Shown here: piece by piece, positions 43,348 to 55,350 of the stretch
How the letters are laid out: every line of letters begins with the position of its first letter
Position numbering within the stretch: position 1 is the stretch's first letter
Assembly: GCA_938004015.1 (NCBI GenBank)
Contig: CALKWU010000215.1
Location: 22-64,021 of the forward strand
Direction: 5' to 3'
Length of the DNA: 64,000 nt
From: an uncultured Oceanobacillus sp.
Lineage (GTDB): Bacteria > Bacillota > Bacilli > Bacillales > Amphibacillaceae
The notes under the pieces: model-generated
Seen by the model: the letters and a program-made list of their open reading frames with translations, nothing else
Told to the model about the DNA's origin: nothing
Database searches by the model: none
Program-made: the position numbers and the translations under genes

Positions 43348-44622
43348 ATGACCACAGTGATCGCATTTATTTTCATGTTCGGTCTCCTCGTGTCCATCCA
43401 TGAATGGGGACATCTTATTTTTGCGAAACGAGCTGGAATGCTTGTCAGAGAGTTTGCTATTGGATTTGGTCCTAAAATGTTTTCTTTTACGAAAAACGAA
43501 ACACTATATACGATTCGTCTCATACCGGCCGGAGGATATGTGCGTGTTGCAGGGGAAGATCCGGAAATCATCGAGTTGAAGCCTGGCCATATCATTGGGC
43601 TTGAATTCAATGAACAAAATAAAGTCGATAAAATCATTGTGAACAACAAAGCAAAACATCCGAATGCAAGAATCATCGAAGTGGAACGGGTCGATCTTGA
43701 TCATGACTTGATTATTGAAGGCTATGAACCGGATGATGAGGAAACAAAGCATTCATTTGATGTGGATGAAAAAGCGTTTTTTATTATGGACGAACAAGAA
43801 ACGCAAATCGCTCCATATGACCGCCAATTCGCATCGAAAACTCCAGGTCAGCGGGCGATGCAACTTTTTGCGGGTCCATTGATGAATTTCGTCCTTGCTA
43901 TCGTCATTTTTATCATTATAGGTCTCGTTCAAGGAACACCTGTGAATGAAGCGGAATTGGGACAAATTGCTGAAAATTCACCAGCGGAAGAAGCTGGATT
44001 CCTAGCTGGGGACGAAGTGATACGGATTGAAGACACTCCGATTTCCACATGGGAAGAATTCACGACGATTGTCAGGGAGAATCCTTCCGAACCATTGGAA
44101 ATGACCGTGCTGCGTGATGATCGGGAAGAACAATTAATCGTCACACCGAACGCAGTTGAATCCGTCAATGAAGTCGGAGAACCGATTACAATCGGACAAA
44201 TCGGAGTTTATGCAGCCTATGAAAAGTCCATTTTAGGAACGCTCACCTATGGATTTGAACGGACTTACGATACGACTAAACTGGTTTTGAACAATTTGCT
44301 TCTGTTGATCACCGGACAAGTTTCGATTGAATTGTTGTCCGGTCCGGTTGGAATTTACGATGCGACGGATCAAATCGTCCAAACCGGATTTTGGAACTTC
44401 CTTTTATGGACGGCGATGTTGAGTGTCAACTTGGGAGTCATCAACCTTGTGCCATTACCAGCACTTGATGGTGGCCGGTTATTATTCGTCGGAATTGAAG
44501 TATTACGCGGAAAACCGGTTCCTCCCGAAAAGGAAGGACTGTTTCACTTCATCGGATTTGCCTTCCTCATGTTGCTCATGCTCGTCGTCACATGGAACGA
44601 TATCCAACGATTGTTCCTATAA
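43348..44622 (+). CDS. rseP: Site-2 intramembrane zinc protease RseP/RasP
   Basis: HEWGH, PDZ domain, NLVPLPALDGG. Confidence 0.97.
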   Translation: MTTVIAFIFMFGLLVSIHEWGHLIFAKRAGMLVREFAIGFGPKMFSFTKNETLYTIRLIPAGGYVRVAGEDPEIIELKPGHIIGLEFNEQNKVDKIIVNNKAKHPNARIIEVERVDLDHDLIIEGYEPDDEETKHSFDVDEKAFFIMDEQETQIAPYDRQFASKTPGQRAMQLFAGPLMNFVLAIVIFIIIGLVQGTPVNEAELGQIAENSPAEEAGFLAGDEVIRIEDTPISTWEEFTTIVRENPSEPLEMTVLRDDREEQLIVTPNAVESVNEVGEPITIGQIGVYAAYEKSILGTLTYGFERTYDTTKLVLNNLLLLITGQVSIELLSGPVGIYDATDQIVQTGFWNFLLWTAMLSVNLGVINLVPLPALDGGRLLFVGIEVLRGKPVPPEKEGLFHFIGFAFLMLLMLVVTWNDIQRLFL

Positions 44623-44702
44623 CATTCTTAAAGCGTGGCCTGACATAATAGGATTGGATTTCGAATTTTGAGGGAACGGAATGAATGCTAAGAAAAAGTA
44701 CC

Positions 44703-44749
44703 AAATTAAAAACCCTTGTCTTATAATAAAGAACAAGGGTTTTTAATTT
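44703..44749. repeat. Perfect 17-bp inverted repeat (bidirectional terminator or operator) upstream of polC
   Basis: AAATTAAAAACCCTTGT-cttataataaaga-ACAAGGGTTTTTAATTT. Confidence 0.75.
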
Positions 44750-44781
44750 CATGAACAACCTTTTACAAAGGGGAGGATTCC

Positions 44782-47700
44782 ATGGATTTGTCGAAACAAG
44801 AAAAGTTGAACATCCTGCTTGAGCAGATTCATATGCCGGAAGAAACGCTGGAACAATTTGCAAACGGTTATTTAAATAAATTAGTCGTCATTAAAAAGTC
44901 GAAAGTTTGGCATTTTCATATTCATCTACAATCAGTTCTCCCATATCAAGTATATAAAATGTTTCGGATGAAATTAAATGAAGCTTTCCACCACATCGCT
45001 GACGTCGATATAACGATTGAAACAACAGAAAAGGAAGTGTCCGAAGAAATCATCAAAGCATATTGGCAAGGTTTCCTCGAACAAATGCCACAACTTTCAC
45101 CAGCAACAAAACAGTTATTGGAAAAACAAGCCCCTAAAATCGACAATAATAAAGTTATGTTAACCGCGAGAAATGAGTTGGAAGCTCATACGTTGAAAAG
45201 CAGATTGACCGAGGCGATGAAACAATTCTTTTCCAAGGCTGGTTTTCCTAACTTGACACTGGAAATGAAAATCAACAGTAATCCGGAAGAACTGCAACGT
45301 TTCAAAGAAGCGACAGCAAAAGAAGATCAGCAATTTGTCATGAATTCGGTCAAAGAAAAAGAAAAGCGCGATCAAGCTCGTGCTGAAAATAAACAGGCTT
45401 CATTACTGCTCGGTTATCGGATTCAAGACGAACCAATCCGGATGGAAGAAATCCAAGAAGAGGAAAGAAGAGTCACAGTCCAAGGGTATGTTTTTTCAGT
45501 GGAAGTGAAAGAGTTACGTTCAGGTAGAAGCCTACTTCTCATTAAAGCGACCGATTACACAGATTCCTTGGAAATCAAGATGTTTTCCCGTGGAGACGAC
45601 GATGCCGAAAAGTTCAAATCAGTTGAAAAGGGGATGTGGATCAAAGCCAGGGGAAGCATCCAAACCGATATGTATTCCAATGAACTGGCGATGATGGCCA
45701 ACGATATTCAACAAATCGAAGTGGAAGAACGGAAAGATACAGCTCTGGAAAACGAAAAACGAGTCGAGCTCCATGCCCATACGACGATGAGTCAAATGGA
45801 TGCGGTCGTATCGCCAAGTGCACTCGTCGCACAAGCTGCGAAATGGGGGCATCCGGCCGTTGCCATCACCGATCATGCTGCAGTGCAAGGATTTCCGGAA
45901 GCTCATGCGGCAAGTAAAGAACATGGCATCAAAGTCATTTATGGGGTGGAAGCGAATTTAGTCGATGACGGTGTGCCGATCGCCTACAACTCGCAAGATA
46001 TTGAGTTGGAATCTGCGAGCTATGTCGTGTTCGACGTGGAAACGACCGGTTTATCTGCCGTTTACGATACGATCATCGAACTGGCTGCGGTGCGTGTGCA
46101 AGAAGGTGAAATCGTCGACCGTTTCGAATCCTTTGCCAATCCACATCACCCATTGTCAGAAACGACGATCAATTTGACCGGAATTACAGATGATATGTTG
46201 AAAGATGCACCGGAAGTGGAAGATGTGCTGAAGGATTTCGCCGAATGGATGGGCGATGATGTGCTTGTTGCCCACAATGCGACCTTCGATATCGGTTTCA
46301 TCAACCAAGGATTTGAAAAAATCGGAATGGAAAAAGTGAAAAATCCGATCATCGATACATTGGAACTTGCACGATTTTTACTGCCGCAATTGAAGAATCA
46401 CCGTTTGAACACATTGTGTAAACATTTCAACATTGAGCTCACCCAACATCACCGAGCGATATACGATGCAGAGGCAACCGGCCATTTGACATGGAAATTA
46501 GTGAAACAATTATTGGAAAAAGGAATTACGAACCACGGACAATTGAATGACCATATGGGGGAAGGAGACGCCTATCAACGTTCACGCCCGTTCCACTGCA
46601 CGATTTTGGCAGCAAATGATGTCGGGTTGAAAAATTTATATAAACTTGTCTCTTACGCCCATATCAATTACTTTTACCGGGTGCCACGCATCCCTCGCTC
46701 TGTATTGGCAAAACATCGGGAAGGGCTTCTCATCGGTTCGGCTTGTGATCAAGGGGAACTATTTGAAACGATGATGCAAAAATCGGAAGATGAGGCTGAG
46801 AAAGTAGCGGAATTCTATGATTACATCGAAGTCCAACCACCGGAAAACTATATTCATTTAATTGAAAAAGAATTAGTGCAAAACGAAGCGCAAATTTTGG
46901 ACATCATCAAGAAATTAGTGCATTTAGGGGAAAAGATGAATAAACCGGTAGTGGCAACTGGAAACGTCCACTATCTGGAGGAAACCGATAAACAATATCG
47001 GGAAATCCTCATCGCATCACAAGCGGGGAATCCGTTGAGTCGTCATACATTGCCGGACACTCCTTTCCGGACGACGGATGAAATGCTCGAATGTTTCCGC
47101 TTCTTAGGTGAAGAGAAAGCGTATGAAATCGTTGTGGAAAATACACGACAACTGGCTAATCGCTTAGAAGCGATTTCTCCAATCAAAGATGGACTGTTCG
47201 CTCCGACGATTGAAGGGGCAGAACAGGAAATGCGAGAATTATGTTATACGAGAGCGAAAGAAATTTATGGTGATCCTTTGCCGGAAATCGTTGAAGAACG
47301 TCTCGAAAAGGAATTGAAAAGTATCATCGGGAATGGTTTTGCCGTCATTTATTTGATTTCCCACAAATTAGTGAAAAAATCATTGGAAGACGGTTATCTC
47401 GTCGGTTCTCGAGGGTCGGTAGGTTCTTCCTTTGTTGCGACGATGGCGGAAATCACCGAAGTGAACCCACTTGCCCCACATTATGTTTGTCCAAAATGTC
47501 AATACAATGAATTCTTTACGGATGGTTCGGTCGCCAGTGGATTTGACCTTCCTGACAAGCCGTGTCCTGAATGCGGTCATGAGTTGACAAAAGATGGACA
47601 AGATATCCCATTTGAAACGTTCCTTGGTTTTGAAGGGGATAAAGTGCCGGACATCGATTTGAACTTCTCAGGCATTTATCAGCCGCGCGCCCATAAATAT

Positions 47701-49068
47701 ACGAAAGAATTGTTCGGAGAAGACTATGTTTTCCGAGCAGGAACAATCGGTACTGTAGCCGAAAAGACCGCCTATGGTTACGTGAGAGGGTATGCGAATG
47801 ATAATGATTTGAAATTGAAACGGGCAGAAATCGATCGTCTCGTCCAAGGCTGTACAGGAGTAAAACGGACGACCGGTCAACATCCGGGCGGGATTATCGT
47901 TGTGCCACAAGATAAAGAAATATATGATTTCACACCGATCCAATACCCGGCGGACGACCGGAAAAGCGAGTGGCGGACCACCCACTTCGATTTCCATTCC
48001 ATCGAAGACAATTTGTTGAAATTGGACATACTCGGTCATGATGACCCGACCGTTATCCGTATGCTCCAGGATATGAGTGGAATTGATCCGAAAGATATTC
48101 CGATTGATGACCCGGAAGTGATGAAAATCTTTTCCAGTACGGAACCGCTCGGGGTGACACCGGAACAGATCAATTGTAAAACGGGTACGCTTGGCGTTCC
48201 GGAGTTCGGTACACCGTTTGTCAGACAAATGCTGGAAGAGACGAAACCGAGCACATTCGGCGAGTTGTTGATCATTTCCGGTTTGTCCCACGGAACGGAC
48301 GTTTGGCTGGGGAATGCCCAAGAGTTGATCAATAATGGAACTTGTGAATTGTCTGACGTCATCGGTTGTCGTGACGACATTATGGTTTATTTGATGCAAA
48401 AAGGGTTGGAACCATCGCTTGCTTTCACAATCATGGAGTTTGTCCGTAAAGGAAGAGGTCTGAAAGATGAGTGGATCGTCGAAATGAAAAAACATGGTGT
48501 GCCGGATTGGTATATCGAGTCATGCAAGAAAATCAAGTATATGTTTCCGAAAGCACACGCAGCGGCATACGTTCTCATGGCTATCCGAATTGCTTACTTT
48601 AAAGTCCATCACCCAATCCTCTTTTATGCGGCATACTTTACCGTAAAAGCAAGTGATTTTGATTTAGACACGATGATTCAAGGCTCTGATGCGATCAGAA
48701 AGCGCATCGAAGTAATCCATGCGAAAGGGAACGATGCTTCGCCGAAAGAGAAATCTTTATTGACCGTATTGGAAGTGGCTCTTGAAATGTGTGAACGAGG
48801 TTTTTCCTTCCAAAAGGTCGATTTATACCGTTCCGCCGCCACTGAATTCCTCGTCGATGGTGATTCGTTGATTCCGCCGTTCAATGCCGTCGATGGGATC
48901 GGAACGAATGCGGCATTAAATATCGTGGAAGCGAGAAAAGACGGTGAATTTCTGTCAAAAGAAGATTTTCATGAGCGCAGTAAAGTATCGAAAACGGTAT
49001 TGGAATACCTTGAGCGTCACGGTTGTTTGGATGGAATGGAAGAAAAGAACCAATTATCTTTGTTTTAA
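44782..49068 (+). CDS. polC: DNA polymerase III PolC
   Basis: PHP domain (ELHAHT, AITDH), exonuclease [23 protein letters not shown]; 1428 aa with no intein-sized insert. Confidence 0.98.
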   Translation: MDLSKQEKLNILLEQIHMPEETLEQFANGYLNKLVVIKKSKVWHFHIHLQSVLPYQVYKMFRMKLNEAFHHIADVDITIETTEKEVSEEIIKAYWQGFLEQMPQLSPATKQLLEKQAPKIDNNKVMLTARNELEAHTLKSRLTEAMKQFFSKAGFPNLTLEMKINSNPEELQRFKEATAKEDQQFVMNSVKEKEKRDQARAENKQASLLLGYRIQDEPIRMEEIQEEERRVTVQGYVFSVEVKELRSGRSLLLIKATDYTDSLEIKMFSRGDDDAEKFKSVEKGMWIKARGSIQTDMYSNELAMMANDIQQIEVEERKDTALENEKRVELHAHTTMSQMDAVVSPSALVAQAAKWGHPAVAITDHAAVQGFPEAHAASKEHGIKVIYGVEANLVDDGVPIAYNSQDIELESASYVVFDVETTGLSAVYDTIIELAAVRVQEGEIVDRFESFANPHHPLSETTINLTGITDDMLKDAPEVEDVLKDFAEWMGDDVLVAHNATFDIGFINQGFEKIGMEKVKNPIIDTLELARFLLPQLKNHRLNTLCKHFNIELTQHHRAIYDAEATGHLTWKLVKQLLEKGITNHGQLNDHMGEGDAYQRSRPFHCTILAANDVGLKNLYKLVSYAHINYFYRVPRIPRSVLAKHREGLLIGSACDQGELFETMMQKSEDEAEKVAEFYDYIEVQPPENYIHLIEKELVQNEAQILDIIKKLVHLGEKMNKPVVATGNVHYLEETDKQYREILIASQAGNPLSRHTLPDTPFRTTDEMLECFRFLGEEKAYEIVVENTRQLANRLEAISPIKDGLFAPTIEGAEQEMRELCYTRAKEIYGDPLPEIVEERLEKELKSIIGNGFAVIYLISHKLVKKSLEDGYLVGSRGSVGSSFVATMAEITEVNPLAPHYVCPKCQYNEFFTDGSVASGFDLPDKPCPECGHELTKDGQDIPFETFLGFEGDKVPDIDLNFSGIYQPRAHKYTKELFGEDYVFRAGTIGTVAEKTAYGYVRGYANDNDLKLKRAEIDRLVQGCTGVKRTTGQHPGGIIVVPQDKEIYDFTPIQYPADDRKSEWRTTHFDFHSIEDNLLKLDILGHDDPTVIRMLQDMSGIDPKDIPIDDPEVMKIFSSTEPLGVTPEQINCKTGTLGVPEFGTPFVRQMLEETKPSTFGELLIISGLSHGTDVWLGNAQELINNGTCELSDVIGCRDDIMVYLMQKGLEPSLAFTIMEFVRKGRGLKDEWIVEMKKHGVPDWYIESCKKIKYMFPKAHAAAYVLMAIRIAYFKVHHPILFYAAYFTVKASDFDLDTMIQGSDAIRKRIEVIHAKGNDASPKEKSLLTVLEVALEMCERGFSFQKVDLYRSAATEFLVDGDSLIPPFNAVDGIGTNAALNIVEARKDGEFLSKEDFHERSKVSKTVLEYLERHGCLDGMEEKNQLSLF

Positions 49069-49090
49069 TACAGTCCAAGTCGATATAGGC

Positions 49091-49119
49091 TTGCATACCG
49101 CAATCAACTGTGCTATACT
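49091..49119 (+). promoter_or_regulatory. Sigma-A promoter of rimP-nusA-infB operon
   Basis: TTGCAT-N17-TATACT with extended TG. Confidence 0.75.
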
Positions 49120-49148
49120 AAATTCTGGAAAGTATCGAATGAGTACGT

Positions 49149-49176
49149 AAAGGAGTGGGTTTTCGCCCACTTTTTC
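49149..49176 (+). terminator. rimP(ylxS) leader attenuator
   Basis: AAAGGAGTGGG-ttttcg-CCCACTTTTT downstream of the promoter. Confidence 0.7.
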
Positions 49177-49205
49177 TTCTTAGGAATGCATTCACTAAAC
49201 CCGAC

Positions 49206-49237
49206 CCCTAGCCCCTTACTTCAGGCTAGGGTTTTGT
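49206..49237 (+). terminator. Second terminator-like hairpin in rimP leader
   Basis: CCCTAGCC-ccttacttca-GGCTAGGG-TTTTGT. Confidence 0.55.
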
Positions 49238-49324
49238 ATTGTTCCTATGCTGTTTCTGAAAATGAAAAATAGTGAACTTGAGCATAATATGTGAAAGGAT
49301 TGCTGGCTAAAAGGAGGAATGGAC

Positions 49325-49792
49325 ATGTCAAAAGTGATTGAAACGACCGAACAATTGGTCACGCCGATTTTGGCGGAAAATGGATTGGAATTGGTTGATA
49401 TCGAATACGTGAAGGAAGGGAAAAATTGGTTTTTGCGCGTGTATATCGATAAACCGGGCGGCGTGGATATTTCCGAGTGCAGTATGGTATCAGAACAATT
49501 GAGTGAAAAGCTGGATGCTTCCGACCCGATCAAGGGGGCCTATTTTCTCGAAGTGTCTTCACCAGGGGCGGAACGGCCGTTGAAAACGAAGAAGGATATT
49601 CAAAACAGTGTCAATAAACACGTTTATGTGACATTGTATGAACCAATCGACGGCGAAAAAGCATATGAAGGTCTATTGAAATCGTTTGAAGATGATGTAC
49701 TGACGATCGAGTATAAAGTGAAAACAGCAAAAAAACTTGTCGACATACCATATGAAAAAGTGGCTAAGGCAAGATTAGCTGTAATGTTTTGA
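49325..49792 (+). CDS. rimP: Ribosome maturation factor RimP
   Basis: [21 protein letters not shown]. Confidence 0.97.
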   Translation: MSKVIETTEQLVTPILAENGLELVDIEYVKEGKNWFLRVYIDKPGGVDISECSMVSEQLSEKLDASDPIKGAYFLEVSSPGAERPLKTKKDIQNSVNKHVYVTLYEPIDGEKAYEGLLKSFEDDVLTIEYKVKTAKKLVDIPYEKVAKARLAVMF

Positions 49793-49810
49793 TAAGGGGG
49801 ATTATGAAAA

Positions 49811-50926
49811 GTGAACAGCCAATTGTTTGAAGCGATTGATTTATTGGCGGAAGAAAAAGGCATTGAAAAAGAGGTTCTTTTGGAAGCCTTGGAAGCGGCC
49901 TTGATTTCAGCCTATAAAAAAAATTTTAAATCAGCAACGAATGTGCGCGTGGAACTCGATGAGGAAAAAGGCGCCATGAAAGTGTATTCCAGAAAATCAG
50001 TCGTCGAAGAAGTGGAAGATGAACAGCAAGAAATTTCATTGGAAGAAGCGAGAATGATCGATCCGAATTATGAAATCGACGACATTATCGAAGTGGAAGT
50101 GACGCCTAAGGATTTTGGGCGTATCGCCGCCCAAGCAGCAAAGCAAGTCGTGACACAACGGGTGAGGGAAGCAGAACGCGGTGTCATTTATTCGGAATTC
50201 GTCGACCGGGAAGATGACGTGATGACTGGGATCATCCAACGGAAAGATGCATGGTTTGTCTACGTTGATTTAGGTAAAATTGAAGCGAAACTCGCTCAAT
50301 CCGAGCAAATGCCTACGGAAGAATACAATATCCATGACCGGATTAAAGTGTATGTGACAAAAGTGGAAAACACAAGCAAAGGACCACAAATTTTCGTTTC
50401 CAGATCCCATCCGGGACTGTTGAAACGGTTATTCGAAATGGAAGTGCCGGAAATATATGATGGCACTGTCGAAATCAAGTCAGTTGCAAGGGAAGCTGGC
50501 GATCGTTCGAAAATATCCGTTTATGCGGAAAATCCGGATGTCGATGCAGTAGGAGCTTGTGTCGGTCCAAGAGGGCAAAGGGTTCAGGCGATTGTCGACG
50601 AATTGAAAGGTGAAAAAATCGATATCGTCGAATGGTCGGAAGATCCCGTTGTGTATGTTTCCAATGCATTGAGCCCTTCCAAAGTCATTGACGTCATTTT
50701 GAATGAAGAGGAAAAAGCGACGACAGTCATCGTCCCTGATTATCAATTATCTTTGGCGATCGGAAAAAGAGGCCAAAATGCAAGATTGGCCGCGAAGTTG
50801 ACCGGATGGAAAATCGACATTAAAAGTGAAACGGAAGCCAGGGAAGAAGGGCTATTGGAAGAAAACAGCGACGAGACTCTCGACGAAGAATCTTATTCAA
50901 CAGATAATCAAGATTTATTTGAATAG
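49811..50926 (+). CDS. nusA: Transcription factor NusA
   Basis: FGRIAAQAAKQ, AREAGDRSK, AIGKRGQNARLA. Confidence 0.98.
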   Translation: MNSQLFEAIDLLAEEKGIEKEVLLEALEAALISAYKKNFKSATNVRVELDEEKGAMKVYSRKSVVEEVEDEQQEISLEEARMIDPNYEIDDIIEVEVTPKDFGRIAAQAAKQVVTQRVREAERGVIYSEFVDREDDVMTGIIQRKDAWFVYVDLGKIEAKLAQSEQMPTEEYNIHDRIKVYVTKVENTSKGPQIFVSRSHPGLLKRLFEMEVPEIYDGTVEIKSVAREAGDRSKISVYAENPDVDAVGACVGPRGQRVQAIVDELKGEKIDIVEWSEDPVVYVSNALSPSKVIDVILNEEEKATTVIVPDYQLSLAIGKRGQNARLAAKLTGWKIDIKSETEAREEGLLEENSDETLDEESYSTDNQDLFE

Positions 50927-50937
50927 GGGGAATTCTT

Positions 50938-51210
50938 ATGGCAAGAAAACGCAGGATTCCAGAAAGAAAATGCGTCGTCACTGGTGAAATGCGTCCAAAA
51001 AAGGAATTGATCCGTGTCGTACGCAATAAAGAGGGGGAAGTTTTCGTCGATCCGACGGGAAAACAAAATGGCCGGGGCGCTTATTTGACTATTGACCCGG
51101 ATGTCATTGCGAAAGCGGAAGAAACGAATGCGTTGGGTCGCGCTTTGAAGGCGGAAATCGATCCGGCGATTTATGACCAATTACGTGAATTTGCGGGTAA
51201 AGGACAATGA
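50938..51210 (+). CDS. ylxR: YlxR (RnpM) DUF448 nucleic-acid-binding protein
   Basis: PERKCVVT, KELIRVVR, GRGAY. Confidence 0.93.
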   Translation: MARKRRIPERKCVVTGEMRPKKELIRVVRNKEGEVFVDPTGKQNGRGAYLTIDPDVIAKAEETNALGRALKAEIDPAIYDQLREFAGKGQ

Positions 51211-51509
51211 AGAGTTATTTGAATTTAGTCGGTCTTGCTTTTCGAGCCGGGAAATGTACGTTGGGAGAAGAAGCCATTTTGCGGGCAATTCGTAGCGAAA
51301 AGGCGGAGTTAGTCCTTATCGCCAAAGATGCAGGCGCACGTACGAAAAAGACGATGATCGATAAATGCACTTATTATCGGGTTCCTTATATCATTGTGGA
51401 AGAGGATCGGGAAGCCTTGTCCCACGCCATAGGGAAATCGGCTCGGGTTGCGGTCGCGATCCTTGATAAAGGTTTTGCGAAGGGTATAAAATCTTTTTTT
51501 GTTAATTAA
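51207..51509 (+). CDS. ylxQ: L7Ae-family RNA-binding protein YlxQ
   Basis: [23 protein letters not shown]. Confidence 0.93.
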   Translation: MKSYLNLVGLAFRAGKCTLGEEAILRAIRSEKAELVLIAKDAGARTKKTMIDKCTYYRVPYIIVEEDREALSHAIGKSARVAVAILDKGFAKGIKSFFVN

Positions 51510-51525
51510 TTTCGGGGGTGAACGT

Positions 51526-53646
51526 ATGAAGAAAATGCGTGTATATGAATATGCAAAGAAGAAAAATGTGACAAGTAAAGAAGTGCTTCATTATTTAAAG
51601 GAAATCGATGTGGAAGTATCCAACCACATGTCGACGATAACGGAAAATGTCATCCGATTACTTGATAAAAAATTCGATCCAAAACGAACGGATGAAGAAA
51701 AGAAAAAACGTACTGGAAAACCAACACAGAAAAAAGACAATAATCAAAGACCAGCGAATAAAAAACAAGATAAAAATGGCGGTGCTAAATCTGCAAGTAA
51801 GAAGGATCAGCCGAAAAAACAACGGAACAAAAAGAAAAGAGACCGGAAAAAAGGAAAACAGCAGCAAACTGCTCAACCGGAAGTCGAGCAAACACCTGAA
51901 AAAATCACTTACAGCAATACACTGACGGTAAGTGAATTGGCACAAAAGCTGAATAAAAAAGAAGCGGAAATCATCAAAAAGCTCATGTTTTTAGGTGTGA
52001 TGGCGACAAAAAACCAAGACTTGGATGACGATGCCATCGAATTGATTTGCAGTGAGTACGGTGTTGAAGTCGAGAAAGAAATCATTTTGGAAGATACGGA
52101 TTTTGAAAAATATTTGAAAGAAGAAAAAGAAGAAGATTTACAGGAAAGACCTGCTGTCGTCACGATCATGGGACACGTGGATCACGGAAAGACAACCCTG
52201 CTCGATTCGATCCGTCAAACGAAAGTGACCGCAGGAGAGGCCGGCGGTATCACACAACATATCGGTGCCTATCAAGTTGAAGCAAATGGCAAGAAAATCA
52301 CTTTTTTGGATACACCGGGACATGCGGCCTTTACAAGTATGCGTTCACGTGGAGCGGAAGTGACCGATATCGCCATCCTTGTCGTTGCTGCTGATGATGG
52401 TGTCATGCCGCAAACCGTGGAAGCTTTGAACCACGCAAAAGCTGCTGAAGTACCGATCATCGTTGCGGTGAACAAAATGGATAAGCCGACTGCCAATCCG
52501 GATCGTGTCATGCAGGAGTTGACAGAATATGAATTGATTCCGGAAGATTGGGGCGGCGATACGATTTTTGTCAACATTTCCGCCATCAAACATGAAGGAA
52601 TCGATGACCTGTTGGAAATGGTCCTCCTAGTGGCAGAAATGGAAGAGTTGAAAGCCAACCCGGATACGAATGCATTCGGAACGGTCATCGACGCTAAATT
52701 GGATCGAGGCAAAGGCCCTGTCGCTACTTTGCTTGTACAAAATGGTACGCTGCGTGTCAGTGATGCTCTCGTTGCCGGAAACACATTTGGTCGCGTTCGG
52801 GCAATGGTCAATGATATTGGTGAACGGGTACAAGAAGCCGGACCTTCGATGCCTGTTGAAATCACAGGCTTAAATGAAGTGCCACAGGCAGGAGACCAGT
52901 TCCTCGTTTTCGAAGATGAGAAAAAGGCCCGTCAAATCGCAGAAGCCCGTGCGGAAAAATATCTTGATGAAACCCGCGGTCAGCAAAGCAAAGTCAGTTT
53001 GGACGATTTGTTTGAACAGATCAAACAAGGTGATATGAAAGAATTGAATATCATCATCAAAGCAGATGTGCACGGATCGGCAGAAGCCCTTTCCAGCTCA
53101 TTGCAGAAAATCGATGTGGAAGGCGTCAAAGTGAAAATCATCCATACAGGCGTAGGGGCGATCAACGAGTCGGATATTATCCTTGCCTCTGCATCCAATG
53201 CGATCGTCATCGGCTTCAACGTCAGACCAGATGTCAATGCAAAACATGCGGCAGAGCGCGAAAAGGTGGATGTACGACTACACCGAGTCATTTATAAAGC
53301 GATTGAAGAAATCGAAGCGGCGATGAAAGGATTGCTGGATCCCGAATATGAAGAGAAAGTGATCGGACAAGCAGAAGTACGGGAAACATTTAAAGTGTCC
53401 CGGATCGGTACAATTGCCGGTTGCTATGTTTCCGATGGAAAAATCACCCGGGATGCCGGCGTGCGTGTCATTCGGGATGGCGTCGTCTTGTTTGAAGGTG
53501 AAATTGCTGCATTGAAACGTTTTAAAGATGATGTACGGGAAGTGCCGCAAAATTACGAATGCGGAATCACGATTACAAACTATAACGACATTAAAGAAGG
53601 AGACATCATCGAGGCATTCATCATGGAGGAAATCAAACATACATGA
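51526..53646 (+). CDS. infB: Translation initiation factor IF-2
   Basis: [24 protein letters not shown]. Confidence 0.98.
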   Translation: MKKMRVYEYAKKKNVTSKEVLHYLKEIDVEVSNHMSTITENVIRLLDKKFDPKRTDEEKKKRTGKPTQKKDNNQRPANKKQDKNGGAKSASKKDQPKKQRNKKKRDRKKGKQQQTAQPEVEQTPEKITYSNTLTVSELAQKLNKKEAEIIKKLMFLGVMATKNQDLDDDAIELICSEYGVEVEKEIILEDTDFEKYLKEEKEEDLQERPAVVTIMGHVDHGKTTLLDSIRQTKVTAGEAGGITQHIGAYQVEANGKKITFLDTPGHAAFTSMRSRGAEVTDIAILVVAADDGVMPQTVEALNHAKAAEVPIIVAVNKMDKPTANPDRVMQELTEYELIPEDWGGDTIFVNISAIKHEGIDDLLEMVLLVAEMEELKANPDTNAFGTVIDAKLDRGKGPVATLLVQNGTLRVSDALVAGNTFGRVRAMVNDIGERVQEAGPSMPVEITGLNEVPQAGDQFLVFEDEKKARQIAEARAEKYLDETRGQQSKVSLDDLFEQIKQGDMKELNIIIKADVHGSAEALSSSLQKIDVEGVKVKIIHTGVGAINESDIILASASNAIVIGFNVRPDVNAKHAAEREKVDVRLHRVIYKAIEEIEAAMKGLLDPEYEEKVIGQAEVRETFKVSRIGTIAGCYVSDGKITRDAGVRVIRDGVVLFEGEIAALKRFKDDVREVPQNYECGITITNYNDIKEGDIIEAFIMEEIKHT

Positions 53647-53921
53647 TTCTTTATGTGGAAGTCGAGTGTCTCCTTTATGAAGGGAATTCGTTGAAAGATA
53701 AACGTTCCTTGTTGAAACGTCTTTTCGCCAAATTGAAAAAAGAGTATAACGTGGCGGTAGCCGAATTGGATTACCATAATTTGTGGCAGCGTACGAAAAT
53801 CGGCATCGTCACGGTTTCCTCTGATGGCGTCCATGCCGAAAAAGTGATCCAACAAGTGTTAAGGCAAATCGATCAACTGCCTGAACTGGAACGGACGATA
53901 ACGACAATGGAAAAATTGTAA
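53643..53921 (+). CDS. ylxP: DUF503 protein YlxP
   Basis: SLKDKR, NVAVAE, WQR. Confidence 0.9.
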   Translation: MILYVEVECLLYEGNSLKDKRSLLKRLFAKLKKEYNVAVAELDYHNLWQRTKIGIVTVSSDGVHAEKVIQQVLRQIDQLPELERTITTMEKL

Positions 53922-53963
53922 AGAAGTTGTCATGTGTTAAGATTCCACAAATGAGGTGAGGAA

Positions 53964-54308
53964 ATGTCTGAATTAAGGTCTAATCGGGTCGCCGAACAGA
54001 TGAAAAAAGAACTTGGCGAGATTTTAACGATGAAAATCAAAGATCCGCGCGTTGGCTTTGTTACGGTGACTGATGTCGAAGTGACAGGTGATTTGCAACA
54101 AGCGACGATATACATTTCTGTTTTAGGGAGTGAAAAAGAAAAACAAGATACGCTCCTAGGCCTTACGAAAGCGAAAGGATTCATCCGTTCCGAAATCGGT
54201 AAACGAATCCGATTGCGGAAAACGCCGGAACTCATTTTTGAATTTGATGAAGCACTGGAGTACGGAAATCGGATTGAATCGATTTTACGGGACTTGAATA
54301 ATAAGTAG
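53964..54308 (+). CDS. rbfA: Ribosome-binding factor A
   Basis: KDPR, GDLQ.A, LRKTPEL.F.FD. Confidence 0.98.
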   Translation: MSELRSNRVAEQMKKELGEILTMKIKDPRVGFVTVTDVEVTGDLQQATIYISVLGSEKEKQDTLLGLTKAKGFIRSEIGKRIRLRKTPELIFEFDEALEYGNRIESILRDLNNK

Positions 54309-54316
54309 ACAGAATA

Positions 54317-54393
54317 TCCGGTTCAGGCGCAATTGAACTTCCAGGAAGGGAAAGTGTTCCGTTTCCATTGTTCTTCTTGCTGCTGGAACCGGA
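54317..54393. repeat. Long imperfect stem-loop between rbfA and truB
   Basis: TCCGGTTC/GAACCGGA, GCAA/TTGC, GAAC/GTTC and GGAAGGGAA/TTCCGTTTCC nested stems. Confidence 0.55.
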
Positions 54394-54437
54394 ATGATGT
54401 TGATGTCGTTCAATAGGAAAAGGTAGGAGTGGATGTC

Positions 54438-55343
54438 ATGCATGGGATCCTTCCGTTGTGGAAACCAAAAGGAATGACTTCCCATGATTGCGTCATGGAA
54501 GTGCGGAAGATCTATCAGACGAAAAAAGTTGGTCATACGGGAACGTTGGACCCGGAAGCGGAAGGATTACTTCCGATTTGTCTCGGTGAGGCGACGAAAA
54601 TCGTTCCTTTTTTGATGGAGACGGAGAAAACATATATTGCTGAAGTGAAACTAGGTGAGGCGACGGAGACGGAAGACCATACGGGAAAGGTGATCGAACG
54701 GCAAGATGTGGCAGATTTTCCGACAACCGCTGCAATTGATGAAGCATTGGATTCGTTTCTTGGAGAACGCATCCAAATCCCTCCCATGTATTCAGCGGTC
54801 AAAGTGAAAGGAAAAAAGCTTTACGAATATGCCCGTGCGAATGAAACAGTCGAACGGCCGAAACGTAAGATCCATATTTATGCCATTGAACGATTGAATG
54901 TGGATCAAAGTAGCGAGACGATCCGTTTTCAAGTGACTTGTTCAAAAGGGACTTATATCCGCACCCTCTGTGTCGACATCGGCAAAAAATTAGGTTATCC
55001 GGCTCACATGTCCTTTTTGAAACGGACGAAGACGGCGAATTTCACTGAAAAAGATGCGATATCTTTAGAAGCATTGAAAGATGCGCCAGATGAAAATTCG
55101 CTCCGTAAATTTTTGCAATCGCCCATTTCCGGATTGCAACATTTAAGCCGAATGGAAGTGGATCAAGCGACTATGCACAAGGTGCTGAACGGACAAAAAT
55201 TGCCGCGACCAGAGCCGCTTCCGAAAACCGATCCGTTTCTTCTCGTGCATGATGGGATACTGTTGGCGGTTTATCAACTGCATGAAAAAAACACCAATGA
55301 AATAAAGCCGATTCGAGTATTTAAGTTTGAAAAAAGTAGGTGA
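54438..55343 (+). CDS. truB: tRNA pseudouridine(55) synthase TruB
   Basis: KP.GMTSHD, GHTGTLDP, PPMYSA.K, SKGTYIR. Confidence 0.97.
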   Translation: MHGILPLWKPKGMTSHDCVMEVRKIYQTKKVGHTGTLDPEAEGLLPICLGEATKIVPFLMETEKTYIAEVKLGEATETEDHTGKVIERQDVADFPTTAAIDEALDSFLGERIQIPPMYSAVKVKGKKLYEYARANETVERPKRKIHIYAIERLNVDQSSETIRFQVTCSKGTYIRTLCVDIGKKLGYPAHMSFLKRTKTANFTEKDAISLEALKDAPDENSLRKFLQSPISGLQHLSRMEVDQATMHKVLNGQKLPRPEPLPKTDPFLLVHDGILLAVYQLHEKNTNEIKPIRVFKFEKSR

Positions 55344-55350
55344 ATACATT

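Noticed and set aside
44782-49068. Possible intein or intron in polC
   Set aside because: Length and domain order are normal; no insertion is seen.
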